Shown: in pieces, positions 16,025 through 26,773 of the stretch
How the letters are laid out: the number at the start of each line of letters is the position of its first letter
Numbering within the stretch: position 1 is the first letter of the stretch
From: an uncultured Anaerolineales bacterium
Lineage (GTDB): Bacteria; Chloroflexota; Anaerolineae; UBA7937; B3-Chlor
DNA: 52,645 bases
Direction of reading: 5' to 3'
Assembly: GCA_964573815.1 (NCBI GenBank)
Contig: CAZNMJ010000002.1
Coordinates: forward strand, 1-52,645
Made by a program: the position numbers and the translations under genes
Notes under the pieces: generated by a model
What the model was told of the DNA's origin: nothing
Database searches by the model: none
The model's input: the letters and a program-made list of their open reading frames with translations, nothing else

Positions 16025-17819
16025 CTGGTTCCTCGTCCTGGCTATCGCTCTCTTCGGCCTCTCGGTCGGCCTCCGCAACGCCACTATCTTCTTCCCAGGC
16101 CTCGACGGAGGCCCCTTCCCACTCCTCCCGACGTCTTCCCGGCTTGCGCACTTTTCTGGCGACGACCTCACCGAGCGACTCGTCGTACACCAGTGTTCTG
16201 CGACGCCGTTTCTTCTTTGCCGGAGGACTGTCTTGAGGGTAAGGTTCCTCAATCTCGTGTGGGGCCTTTGCAGGCTCCGCGGCCTCGACTCCCTCCACCT
16301 GTTCAGGGGCAGCTTCTTCGGGCTCTGGCTCCTCCAGTTCCTCAGGGGTCGGTTCTTCCATTACCTCTTCGACAGCCGGTGGTTCGATCACCGTTTCCAC
16401 AGCTTCTGCAGAAACCGGCGGTGCTTCCTCCGCCGGGGTGGGTACCGCTGCCTCCGGTTCTGGCTCCACCTCCAGCTCAGGTGCCTCTTCTTCCGGAATC
16501 ACCTTCTCCCTGCCGAGAATTGCCCACACGTCTCGGTCTTCGAGAGCGTCCTTTAACTCCTGCAATGACTTGGGTCCAAAGCCCTTAAACTCCAGAAGGC
16601 CCTCATCACCTTCTTGCATTTTGTCGAGTAGTGGTCCCAACTCCGTTATGCCGGCACCGCTCAGAGAGTTGAGGATACGTCGTGACACATCCAGCTTCTC
16701 TAGAGGCATGTCCTCAGCTATCTCGGCTCTTGCTGCAAGTCTGATTGCTTCCTGCTTAGCTTTGCGTAGTGCCCTCTCCGCCGCTTCGGTGACGCTTATG
16801 ATATCGATCCTCCAACCCGTGAGCTTGGCTGCTAGGCGGGCGTTTTGGCCCTCTCTACCGATAGCCAGCGACAGTTCCTTCTCCGGAACGATGACGGTGC
16901 CTGTTTTGCCCGTCTCTTTGTCTTCAGAGAGTTCAACGCCAACGGGGCGCGCGGGACTGAGCGACTTGCTGATGAACTCTTTTGGATCGCGGCTCCAGGG
17001 GATGACATCTATCTTCTCGCCGTTCAGTTCGCTCACGATGCTTTGGATCCTGACTCCCCGCATCCCCACACACGCTCCGACGGGGTCGATTCCCTGCTGG
17101 ACAGCAGTCACTGCCACCTTTGCTCGAGAGCCAGCCTCTCGGGCGATGGCTTTGATCTCCACGAGGCCGTTGTAGATCTCGGGTACCTCGACTTCCAGCA
17201 ACCGCCGCAGCATATCGGGGTGATTGCGCGAGACGATAATCTCGCATCCCCGGCTTGTTCTGTTCACCTCCGTGATGAGCACCCGCAACTTTTGCCTGAT
17301 GTAGTGCCGTTCGTTCGCCACCTGGTGACTGCGAGGCATGAGAGCCTCGATCCGACCCAGGTTGACTGTGATGCCCCTGGCGTCTATGCTGTGAACGGTT
17401 CCACCCACTATCTCACCCTCCCGTCCGGCGTAGGTTTCGTACAGCGCATCGCGTTCAGCTTCTCTGATCCGCTGCAGGATTACCTGCTTGGCCGTTTGAG
17501 CTCCGATACGGCCAAAGTCGGGAGGGGTCGTTTCTACAAAGACTATGTCTCCCAGATTCGAGTCGGGCTTGACCTGCTTGGCCTCGGCCAACTCCATCTC
17601 GCTCTCCGGATCTTCCACTGTCTCGACAATCTCCTTGCCGGTGAAGATGCTCATCTCTCCGGTGGAAGGGTCGATTTTGGCTTCCAGATGCTGGGCTGGA
17701 CCGAAGTCACGCTTGTATGCAGAAACTAGCGCTTGCTCAATGGCATCCAGGACCACCTCGACGGTGAGCCCTCTTTCCGCACAGACTTGGTTGATAGCCC
17801 TGATGAAATCGGTCGTCAT
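16014..17819 (-). CDS. nusA: Transcription termination/antitermination factor NusA with a long acidic C-terminal tail
   Basis: The N-terminus MTTDFIRAINQVCAERGLTVEVVLDAIEQALVSAYKR is followed by S1 and KH regions (GIDPVGACVGMRGVRIQ). ATG 17819 is preferred over GTG 17861, which has no SD. The last 160 aa are E/P/A/V-rich. Confidence 0.93.
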   Translation of the reverse strand: MTTDFIRAINQVCAERGLTVEVVLDAIEQALVSAYKRDFGPAQHLEAKIDPSTGEMSIFTGKEIVETVEDPESEMELAEAKQVKPDSNLGDIVFVETTPPDFGRIGAQTAKQVILQRIREAERDALYETYAGREGEIVGGTVHSIDARGITVNLGRIEALMPRSHQVANERHYIRQKLRVLITEVNRTSRGCEIIVSRNHPDMLRRLLEVEVPEIYNGLVEIKAIAREAGSRAKVAVTAVQQGIDPVGACVGMRGVRIQSIVSELNGEKIDVIPWSRDPKEFISKSLSPARPVGVELSEDKETGKTGTVIVPEKELSLAIGREGQNARLAAKLTGWRIDIISVTEAAERALRKAKQEAIRLAARAEIAEDMPLEKLDVSRRILNSLSGAGITELGPLLDKMQEGDEGLLEFKGFGPKSLQELKDALEDRDVWAILGREKVIPEEEAPELEVEPEPEAAVPTPAEEAPPVSAEAVETVIEPPAVEEVMEEPTPEELEEPEPEEAAPEQVEGVEAAEPAKAPHEIEEPYPQDSPPAKKKRRRRTLVYDESLGEVVARKVRKPGRRREEWEGASVEAWEEDSGVAEADREAEESDSQDEEPDAS

Positions 17820-17904
17820 CTTAGATCGATCCTTCGGCGCATAATTCCTCAGCATTGACACGATGTGAGCCTGAGGCTTTGGCCTCCCGTCACCCCCTTC
17901 GGTC

Positions 17905-17939
17905 TTGATAATAAGAAAAGTGGGGCGTGCCCACTTTTC
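17905..17939 (-). terminator. Intrinsic-terminator-like hairpin in the nusA 5' leader (possible attenuator; also terminates proS read-through)
   Basis: The minus-strand RNA reads GAAAAGUGGG-CACGC-CCCACUUUUC (10-bp stem) followed by UUAUUAUC. It is enclosed by a 9-bp helix, GUCACCCCC (17951-17943) pairing with GGGGGUGAC (17897-17889). Confidence 0.4.
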
Positions 17940-17963
17940 GACGGGGGTGACTGTCTATTTTGT

Positions 17964-17992
17964 ATTATACCACACTTCCCAGAAATGCGCAA
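17964..17992 (-). promoter_or_regulatory. sigma70 promoter candidate for the nusA string
   Basis: On the minus strand: TTGCGC (17992-17987), 17-nt spacer, TATAAT (17969-17964), with TGG immediately upstream of the -10 (TGGTATAAT). Confidence 0.5.
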
Positions 17993-18168
17993 GGCGCAAT
18001 TACGCGAAGAAGGACACGCTCTTGGACGGAAAACGGGGTCTCCTCCCTCCAGTTGAGTGGTTGCTCACCTGCCAGCAGCTTGACTCTGGGACAGGTCTCG
18101 AGTGCGAGCATCGAAGGAGTCTCGACCAATCCCCCCCAAGCCAGGAGCGCCCTTCTGCCCGTGTCGAG

Positions 18169-19863
18169 CTAGGTCAGCATTTGCTTGGCAGCCTCCTCGA
18201 TGTCGTCGAAATCGATGATCTGGTACTCCTCGGCGTCGCGACGCTTCACTTCCACTCCGCCTGCCTGAAGGCTACGGGAGCTCACAGTAAACCTCAAGGG
18301 GATGCCTATGAGGTCGGCGTCGTTGAATTTCACCCCTGCACTCTCATCTCGATCATCGTAGACGATCTCATATCCCTTGGACAGCAGCTGCTCATACAGA
18401 GAATCGGCGGCATTGACTACCTCTGGACTGCGTCCCAGGGCGATCAGGTGGACATGATAGGGGGCGATGCTTACAGGCCAGATAATGCCTCGCTCATCAT
18501 GACGCTGCTCGACAACAGCCGCCATGAGGCGTCCGGTGCCGATGCCGTAGCAACCCATAACCACTGGCAGGCTGCGACCTTCGCTATCCAGGAATGTGGC
18601 TCCTAAGGCCTCGCTGTACTTGCTGCCCAGTTTGAATATGTGTCCCAGTTCAATACCTCTGGTTGTTCGTAGTTTGCCGCCACAGTGGGCGCAGAGGTCG
18701 CCTTCTTGCACTGCGGCTATGTCGCCCAGTAAGTCTACTTCGAAGTCACGGGGGTAATTCACGTTGAGCAGGTGATACCCCTCCTTGTTAGCTCCAGCGA
18801 CGAAATTGCTTCCCAAGGTGATTGACTCGTCGGCCACGATCTTGACCTTGCCCTGCTGGCCAATGGGCGATGCGTAGCCCGCCACTATGCCAGCGGCTGA
18901 AACTTCTTGCTCGACTGCTAAGCGAAGTTCCGGAGCGCCCAGCATGTTGGCGACCTTCGTCTCATTCACCTCGAGGTCGCCGCGGATAGCCACGAACACT
19001 AGTTCATCGCCAGCCATGTAGAAGATGGCTTTCAAGGTCTGCTCGGGCCCGATGCCCAGATATCCTGCTACTTCCTCGATGGTGGTCATGTCTGGAGTGG
19101 CCACCTCCTCGGGGGCACGCTGCGGGTCTTTCTGGATCTCCGTTCGCTTGGCTATGGCGCTTTCGGCATTGGCAGCGTAATCGCAGCCATCACAGATGAT
19201 CAAAGTGTCCTCTCCGGCCTCGTTGACAAGCATAAACTCATGCGAGGCGGCTCCTCCCATGAGGCCCGGATCCGCTTCGACGACCAGCACCTCTGCCCCG
19301 CATCGGTGGAAGATGTTGAGATACGCCTGATGAACCTCTGGGTAGTACGAGTCCAGGTCGGCATGGTCAGCATGGAAGCTGTAGCCGTCCTTCATGGTGA
19401 ACTCTCGCACCCGAATCAAGCCCCCTCGGGAGCGAGGCTCGTCGCGGAACTTGGTCTGTATCTGGTAGATCATGAACGGTAGCTGACGATAGGAGTTTAT
19501 CTCCCGTCGCGCCAGGTCCGTGATCACTTCTTCGTGAGTAATGCCGAGGACTAGTTCTCGCTGGTTTCTGTCCCGAAACCGGACCAACACCGGGCCGGCC
19601 TCGAAGTAACGCCCTGTCTCCTGCCACAATTCGGCTGGGTGTACGGCAGGCATCCTCATTTCCTGCCCGCCGATGGCGTTCATCTCCTCTCGCATGACGT
19701 TCTCGATCTTCCGAAGCACTCTCCAACCGAGAGGTAGATAGGTGTATATGCCGGCGGCAAGCTGGCGAATCATCCCTGCTCGAAGCAGCAGCTGGTGGCT
19801 CGTCATCTCCGCTTCCGCGGGCACTTCGCGCAGTGTGTTGCCAAAGAGCTTGGACAAGCGCAA
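18169..19863 (-). CDS. proS: Proline--tRNA ligase (bacterial type with editing-domain insertion)
   Basis: MRLSKLFGNTLREVPAEAEMTSHQLLLRAGMIRQLAAGIYTYLPLG is near-identical in pattern to the bacterial ProS N-terminus. Class II motifs are present. GGAGG lies 8 nt before the TTG start. Confidence 0.95.
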   Translation of the reverse strand: MRLSKLFGNTLREVPAEAEMTSHQLLLRAGMIRQLAAGIYTYLPLGWRVLRKIENVMREEMNAIGGQEMRMPAVHPAELWQETGRYFEAGPVLVRFRDRNQRELVLGITHEEVITDLARREINSYRQLPFMIYQIQTKFRDEPRSRGGLIRVREFTMKDGYSFHADHADLDSYYPEVHQAYLNIFHRCGAEVLVVEADPGLMGGAASHEFMLVNEAGEDTLIICDGCDYAANAESAIAKRTEIQKDPQRAPEEVATPDMTTIEEVAGYLGIGPEQTLKAIFYMAGDELVFVAIRGDLEVNETKVANMLGAPELRLAVEQEVSAAGIVAGYASPIGQQGKVKIVADESITLGSNFVAGANKEGYHLLNVNYPRDFEVDLLGDIAAVQEGDLCAHCGGKLRTTRGIELGHIFKLGSKYSEALGATFLDSEGRSLPVVMGCYGIGTGRLMAAVVEQRHDERGIIWPVSIAPYHVHLIALGRSPEVVNAADSLYEQLLSKGYEIVYDDRDESAGVKFNDADLIGIPLRFTVSSRSLQAGGVEVKRRDAEEYQIIDFDDIEEAAKQMLT

Positions 19864-19895
19864 CTCCTCACCCTCCTTCTGCGATCATACTGTGT

Positions 19896-19924
19896 TTGAC
19901 AAAGCATACCCGAAGGCATAGAAT
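19896..19924 (+). promoter_or_regulatory. sigma70 promoter candidate for the MBL-fold hydrolase gene
   Basis: TTGACA (19896-19901), 17-nt spacer, TAGAAT (19919-19924). ATG 19958 is preceded by AAGGGA. Confidence 0.45.
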
Positions 19925-19957
19925 CCGTCCAGTACATCCACGGCAAGGGACAGCTAG

Positions 19958-20578
19958 ATGATCATCGAAAGGCTCGTGGTCGGCATGCTGCAGTGCAACT
20001 GCTACATTGTCGGTTGCGAGGAAAGCAAGGTTGGCATCATTGTTGACCCGGGTGGTGATGCACCCACAATCCTGGACAGAGTCGAGGAACTCAGTCTCAC
20101 CATCAAACTCATCGTCAATACTCACGGCCACATAGACCACATAGCGGCCAATCGCCCTGTGAAGGAAGCCACAGGTGCGCAGATAGCCATTCATCGCGAG
20201 GATGCCCAGTGGCTGGTCACCGACCAAGGAGATTATGCTCGCATGCTCGGTGTTCTTTCCCCGGGTCCCGCTGCGGATATCCTGCTAGATGAGGGAAATG
20301 AAGTCGCCTTTGGAAACGAGGGCTTGCAGGTGATTCACACGCCTGGGCATAGCCTGGGTGGCATCTCCCTGGTTGGTGACGGTTTGGTCTTCTGTGGGGA
20401 CACCCTTTTTGCCATGGGTGTTGGTCGCGTTGACCTACCTGGAGGCAGCTGGGAAACTCTGATGGATAGCATCAAGACGCAGCTCTTCACCATGCCCGAC
20501 GACACCACGGTCCATACTGGCCACGGGCCCCCCACGACCATTGGTCGTGAGAAGCGGCTCAACCCCTGGTTCACCTGA
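19958..20578 (+). CDS. MBL-fold metallo-hydrolase (glyoxalase II-like)
   Basis: HTHGHIDH metal-binding motif, a later HTPGHS, and a GDTLF..GRVDLPGG segment. Confidence 0.85.
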   Translation: MIIERLVVGMLQCNCYIVGCEESKVGIIVDPGGDAPTILDRVEELSLTIKLIVNTHGHIDHIAANRPVKEATGAQIAIHREDAQWLVTDQGDYARMLGVLSPGPAADILLDEGNEVAFGNEGLQVIHTPGHSLGGISLVGDGLVFCGDTLFAMGVGRVDLPGGSWETLMDSIKTQLFTMPDDTTVHTGHGPPTTIGREKRLNPWFT

Positions 20579-20642
20579 AATATATCACAGCCGTTTACCT
20601 TTGACCACTGTCTGCCATAAGCTGGGGAGGAGGAGCGCACAG

Positions 20643-20957
20643 ATGCCTAGGAAGACCGAGGGTGCGAAGACTGGGATCGATTGGAGGGTCGTCAGCCAGA
20701 ATGTGGCCCTGGGCGTGGTGATTGTCATACTCAGCTACCTCGCGGTGGGCGTGGGCTTGCATCGCCTGCCACTAGTGGGTGTGGTATTTCAGTTCTTCGT
20801 GCCCTTCGCTTTCGTCGTTTTGATGACTTACTACAGGAGTGAACAGAAGACCAGGGCTCAGTCAGTCACCGAAGGCATCTTCGCTGGGTGCATCTTTCTG
20901 CTGATCATGAGTTTGGTGTTTGCACTGTTTAGCCTGGTTCGCCCCCCGACGGCTTAG
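20643..20957 (+). CDS. Small integral membrane protein, function unknown
   Basis: Three hydrophobic spans. ATG 20643 is preceded by GGGGAGGAGGAG. The ORF-track start at 20541 overlaps the preceding gene and lacks an SD. Confidence 0.55.
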   Translation: MPRKTEGAKTGIDWRVVSQNVALGVVIVILSYLAVGVGLHRLPLVGVVFQFFVPFAFVVLMTYYRSEQKTRAQSVTEGIFAGCIFLLIMSLVFALFSLVRPPTA

Positions 20958-21049
20958 CCGTTTCCTCACACGTGCGTACCGCACTTGTCCACTGAGGTGA
21001 CGATTGTAGGAGTCGCTGCGCTGTGCGCCGTACGGAAAAGGAGAGAACC

Positions 21050-22405
21050 GTGGAGGAATTCTATGCCTTCGTCGATGCCAATGCTGACCGATTCATCGCT
21101 CAATTGAAGCGGTTGTGTAGCCAACCGAGTGTCGCTGCTCAGAACCTGGGTGTAAAGCAGGCGGCGCAAATGGTGCTGGAGATGGTGAAAGCCATAGGGG
21201 CCGATGCTCGCCTCATCGAAGTGGCTGATGCGCCTCCTGTCGTGTACGGAGAGCTTGGCGGAGGCGACAGGACCTTGATTATCTACGACCACTACGATGT
21301 GCAACCACCAGAGCCCTTGGACCAGTGGGAATCGGACCCGTTTACCCCGGAGATCCGAGAGGGCTTCTTGTATGGCAGGGGAGTGTCGGACAACAAAGGG
21401 GATCTAGTCTCCCGATTGCAGGCCATAGAGGCCTACCAGGAAACAATGGGGGACTTGCCTCTGAAGATCAAGTTCGTTTTCGAGGGAGAGGAGGAGGTAG
21501 GCAGCCCCCATCTGGCCCAGTTCGTAGAGGAGAACAGGGAGATGCTGCTAAGGGCCGATGGCTGCTTGTGGGAGGGTGGGCGCAAAGACATGTCAGGGAG
21601 ACCTGAGATTTACTTGGGCCTCAAGGGCATCCTATACGTGGAATTGCGGGCCAGAGGCGCTTCCAGGGATCTTCACTCTGCATGGGCGCCCTTGGTGCCC
21701 AACCCTGCATGGCGTCTGGTGTGGGCGTTGAATACGCTCAAGGATGAGCGAGACCGGATCATCGTTGATGGATTGATGGACCACGTGGCTCCACCACCAG
21801 AACAGGATCTCGAGCTTCTCCGCGGAATTCCATTCGAGGAAGACAAGATCAAGGGAGATCTCAGAATCTCTGACTTCCTGGGCGGGGTGAAGGGGACCAA
21901 CGCTTTGCAGAGGCTCTTGTATGCTCCGACCTGCACCGTCTGCGGGATCGTGGCTGGTTACACTGGTGAAGGCTCCAAGACGGTGCTGCCCAGTGAAGCC
22001 ATGGTGAAGCTCGATTTTCGCTTGGTCCCCCATCTGGAGCCCGACCTGGTGCTGGAGCTGCTGCGCAAGCATCTGGACCGCCGGGGGTTTCAAGACGTAG
22101 AGATCTCTCCCTTCTCCGGCGAGCATCCGTCCAAGTCTTCTCCAGAGGCGCCGATCGCGCGGGCAGCTATCGAGGCAGCCAGGGTAGTCTACGGAGAGGA
22201 TCCCGTGGTCTATCCTTTGATGGCGGGAAGTGGCCCCATGTATCCCTTGAGTGAGGCCTTGGGGATACCCGCAGTGTCCGGCGTGGGAGTGGGCCACGCT
22301 CAGTCAAGGATCCATGCTCCCAACGAGAACATCCGCCTCGACGACTACTTCCAGTCCATTAAGTTTACGGGTCAGCTCATCCGTCTCTTCGCCGCCACGG
22401 AGTAG
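21050..22405 (+). CDS. M20-family metallopeptidase (dipeptidase/ArgE-DapE-CPG2 type)
   Basis: YDHYDVQP, GRGVSDNKG and EGEEEVGSPHL motifs. GTG 21050 is preceded by AAGGAGAG; GTG 21023 is the ORF-track alternative. Confidence 0.85.
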   Translation: MEEFYAFVDANADRFIAQLKRLCSQPSVAAQNLGVKQAAQMVLEMVKAIGADARLIEVADAPPVVYGELGGGDRTLIIYDHYDVQPPEPLDQWESDPFTPEIREGFLYGRGVSDNKGDLVSRLQAIEAYQETMGDLPLKIKFVFEGEEEVGSPHLAQFVEENREMLLRADGCLWEGGRKDMSGRPEIYLGLKGILYVELRARGASRDLHSAWAPLVPNPAWRLVWALNTLKDERDRIIVDGLMDHVAPPPEQDLELLRGIPFEEDKIKGDLRISDFLGGVKGTNALQRLLYAPTCTVCGIVAGYTGEGSKTVLPSEAMVKLDFRLVPHLEPDLVLELLRKHLDRRGFQDVEISPFSGEHPSKSSPEAPIARAAIEAARVVYGEDPVVYPLMAGSGPMYPLSEALGIPAVSGVGVGHAQSRIHAPNENIRLDDYFQSIKFTGQLIRLFAATE

Positions 22406-22632
22406 GCGCGCAGGCTTGAGCCTCATACACGCTCTCTTGCTCTCTGCCGCCGGGCCGAGTCACTCGTGGCAGTGCCAGGAGGCGACGCGGATTCTCTGCT
22501 AGCCGAGGAGCATGCCGGTCGTAAGCCCATGAGTGCACCTTCCGCGACCTTAGTTGTGATGTCGGTCGTCAGTCGTTCGCTCAGCGAATCCCGCAGGTCG
22601 CGGGCCAGGAACCGGTTCCGCGGGGCAGTGTG

Positions 22633-22656
22633 AGAGAAAAGACGAGTCGGGCGTCT
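22633..22656 (-). terminator. Weak intrinsic terminator candidate after RNase HI
   Basis: The minus-strand RNA reads AGACG-cccgacu-CGUCU followed by UUUCUCUC, directly after the 22662 stop. The stem is only 5 bp. Confidence 0.3.
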
Positions 22657-22661
22657 AGTGC

Positions 22662-23102
22662 CTAGTGGCCAAGGAGCTTCTCGCTCTCCTCTCGAGGTTG
22701 CCAGGTGATCTCGACAGATCCCATGCGAGCCAATAGCTCCTCCACTCTGTCTCGCAACGGCATCAAGTTCAGGCTCTTGGTCTTCCAGGAGCCCTGTATC
22801 TGGTTCAGCACCAATTTGCTGTCGCCCCTGATCTCCACGGAGAAGGTGTTGGGAGAGCGCCCGGCTTTCCGGATGGTCCCGATGAGGTCTTCCAGGGCGG
22901 CAATCAGCGCTCTGTATTCGGCTTGGTTGGATGTCACCAGTTCTCCAAACCTCAGGCGCTTCTTCCTGACCTTACCATCGACGTTACGCCTTAGCGCGTA
23001 GCTACCGTATCCCACACCGGGATTTCCCCGACTCCCTCCGTCGAAGACGATCATGTAGTCCGTGTTCGCGTTGTCAAGAGACATCGGTCGCCCGTTGAGC
23101 AT
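22662..23102 (-). CDS. rnhA: Ribonuclease HI-type protein
   Basis: MIVFDGGSRGNPGVGYGSYAL ... NQAEYRALIAALEDL shows the RNase H fold DEDD pattern. Confidence 0.8.
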   Translation of the reverse strand: MLNGRPMSLDNANTDYMIVFDGGSRGNPGVGYGSYALRRNVDGKVRKKRLRFGELVTSNQAEYRALIAALEDLIGTIRKAGRSPNTFSVEIRGDSKLVLNQIQGSWKTKSLNLMPLRDRVEELLARMGSVEITWQPREESEKLLGH

Positions 23103-23105
23103 GTT

Positions 23106-24656
<1,551 letters not shown>

Positions 24657-24700
24657 CGTCTACTCCTGATCTTCTTCCATTCCCGACGTGGCAGTGAGTG

Positions 24701-25849
24701 TCAGTCCCTCAACAAATGTCTGGCGATGATCATGCGCTGCACTTCCGAGGTACCCTCGTAGATATCGGTGATCTTGGCATCTCGGTAGTATCGTTCCACG
24801 TTGTATTCCCTGATGTACCCATAGCCCCCGTGGATCTGGACGGCCTTGTTGGCGGCCCACACCGCCGTCTCCGAAGCATAGAGTTTGGCCATGGAGGCTT
24901 CAAGACTGTACCTCTCCTTGCGTTGCTTCTTTAGTGCCGCTTTGAAGGTCAGAAGCCGCGCCGCCTCGAGCCTAGTGGCCATGTCTGCGATCATGAATTG
25001 AATAGCCTGATGTCGAGCCAGGGGCTTGCCGAACTGCTCCCGTTCCAGCGCGTATTGTGAGGAGGCCTCGAGGGCCGCCTGACCTATTCCAAGCGCCTGC
25101 GCGGCGATGCCGATGCGCCCAGCGTCCAAGACCTCCATTGCTATCTTGAAGCCTTCTCCCTCGTCACCCAGGCGGTTGGATACGGCGACACGACAGTCCT
25201 CGAAAGACAGGGCGGTGGTGTTCGCCGCTCGGATGCCCAGCTTCTCCTCAGGTTTTCCAGCGGAGAAACCGGGTGTGTCGGCATCTATCAGCAGGCAACT
25301 GATGCCATGGTGCTTCGGGGTGGCATCTGGGTCGGTGACGCAAAAGACGAGGTGGAAGTCGGCTACTCCGCCACTACTGATGAAGTTCTTGGCGCCGTTG
25401 ACTACGTAGTAGTTGCCATCGCGGACAGCCTTCGTGCGCTGGCTGGCGGCGTCGGAACCTGCCTGAGGTTCTGAGAGCGAAAAAGTCCCGATGCGTTCGA
25501 AGGATGCTGCGGGACGCAAGTATCTCTCTCGCTGCTCTGGCGTGCCGTGCATCACCAGGCCGTGGCAGACCAGTGAGTTGTTGACCGACATGATCGTCCC
25601 GGTGGCGCCACAAGCCTTGGACACCTCTTCCAGTGCCAGCACGTAGCTCACCGTGTCTGCACCGGTGCCACCATCCTCATACGGTACCTCTATCCCCATG
25701 AGGCCCAGTTCCCCCATGCGCCGGCAGTTGTCGAACGGGTATTCCTCGGTCTGATCGATGATAGGGGCCGCAGGGACCAGGATCTCAGTTGCGAAGTCCC
25801 TGGCCAACTCCCGAATCATACGTTGTTCGTCGGTTAGAGCAAAGTCCAT
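24701..25849 (-). CDS. Acyl-CoA dehydrogenase (short/branched-chain type)
   Basis: 382 aa; the C-terminal QIHGGYGYIREYNVERYYRDAKITDIYEGTSEVQRMIIAR is the ACAD signature. Confidence 0.92.
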   Translation of the reverse strand: MDFALTDEQRMIRELARDFATEILVPAAPIIDQTEEYPFDNCRRMGELGLMGIEVPYEDGGTGADTVSYVLALEEVSKACGATGTIMSVNNSLVCHGLVMHGTPEQRERYLRPAASFERIGTFSLSEPQAGSDAASQRTKAVRDGNYYVVNGAKNFISSGGVADFHLVFCVTDPDATPKHHGISCLLIDADTPGFSAGKPEEKLGIRAANTTALSFEDCRVAVSNRLGDEGEGFKIAMEVLDAGRIGIAAQALGIGQAALEASSQYALEREQFGKPLARHQAIQFMIADMATRLEAARLLTFKAALKKQRKERYSLEASMAKLYASETAVWAANKAVQIHGGYGYIREYNVERYYRDAKITDIYEGTSEVQRMIIARHLLRD

Positions 25850-25886
25850 AGGAGTTGCTCCTGCTCGGTTGATTCACTACTTCCAG

Positions 25887-26627
25887 CTACATTCTCCATC
25901 CACCGGTGACTTCAATAGTGGCACCGGTGATATAGCTAGCCTCATCTGAGGCCAGAAATGCTGCTACATGGCCGATATCTTCCGGGGTGCCTACCCGTCG
26001 CAGAGGGATCTCCTTGATCATGGGCCGCAGGTACTCATCTGGAATCCCTTGCAAGAGCGGGGTGTCAACCATTCCAGGTAGTATCGCGTTGACGTTGATA
26101 TTGTGGCGCGCCAACTCGCGAGCCACACTCTTGGTGAAGCCTACGATGCCAGCCTTGGAGGCGACATAATTGGAATCGCCTATGGTGCCGGTGCGACCGT
26201 AGATGGAAGAGATGTTGATGATCTTTCCGTAGCGCGCGTTCATCATGTGAGGGGCTACGGCTTGAGTGGTGTAGAAGATACCCTTCAGATTCACATCCAG
26301 GACTTCATCCCACGCCTCGTCGGTGAGTTTCAGCAGCGTGGCGCTGCGAGCGATGCCAGCATTGTTGACCAGGATGTCTATCTTGCCGAGCTCGGCCACT
26401 ACGTTAGTGACCATGTTCTCGACTTGGCTTCGCCGAGCGACGTCAACCTCCACTGCGAGAGTTCTGCCGCCCAAAGCCTTCACTTCTTTGGCTGTCTGCC
26501 TTGCCGTCTGCGCGTTGATGTCCGACACTATTACGTCAGCACCCTTCTCTGCCAGCTTCACAGCGATTCCGCGACCGATGCCCTGTCCAGCGCCGGTGAC
26601 GACGGCTACCTTCCCCCTGAGTATCAT
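25887..26627 (-). CDS. Short-chain dehydrogenase/reductase (3-oxoacyl reductase-like)
   Basis: [10 protein letters not shown] (TGxxxGIG), NNAG and YVASKAG (YxxxK). Confidence 0.88.
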   Translation of the reverse strand: MILRGKVAVVTGAGQGIGRGIAVKLAEKGADVIVSDINAQTARQTAKEVKALGGRTLAVEVDVARRSQVENMVTNVVAELGKIDILVNNAGIARSATLLKLTDEAWDEVLDVNLKGIFYTTQAVAPHMMNARYGKIINISSIYGRTGTIGDSNYVASKAGIVGFTKSVARELARHNINVNAILPGMVDTPLLQGIPDEYLRPMIKEIPLRRVGTPEDIGHVAAFLASDEASYITGATIEVTGGWRM

Positions 26628-26773
26628 CCCTTCCTCTCTCCGAGACAGAGGCGATCCTCAGCAGCCAGCACGAGTCTGTATCTAGAGAGGTCGCCCTTCA
26701 TTATACGAAGCATTCGTTTGCGAAGTCGAGCGGGTAAGTGGCGGCAGCTGGACTGCCTATGGCGCCATGGGCA

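Noticed and set aside
17862-18168. Expected rimP upstream of nusA.
   Set aside because: Only about 300 nt are available, no ORF of suitable size exists on the minus strand, and the space is occupied by a promoter and leader hairpins. rimP is absent from this locus.
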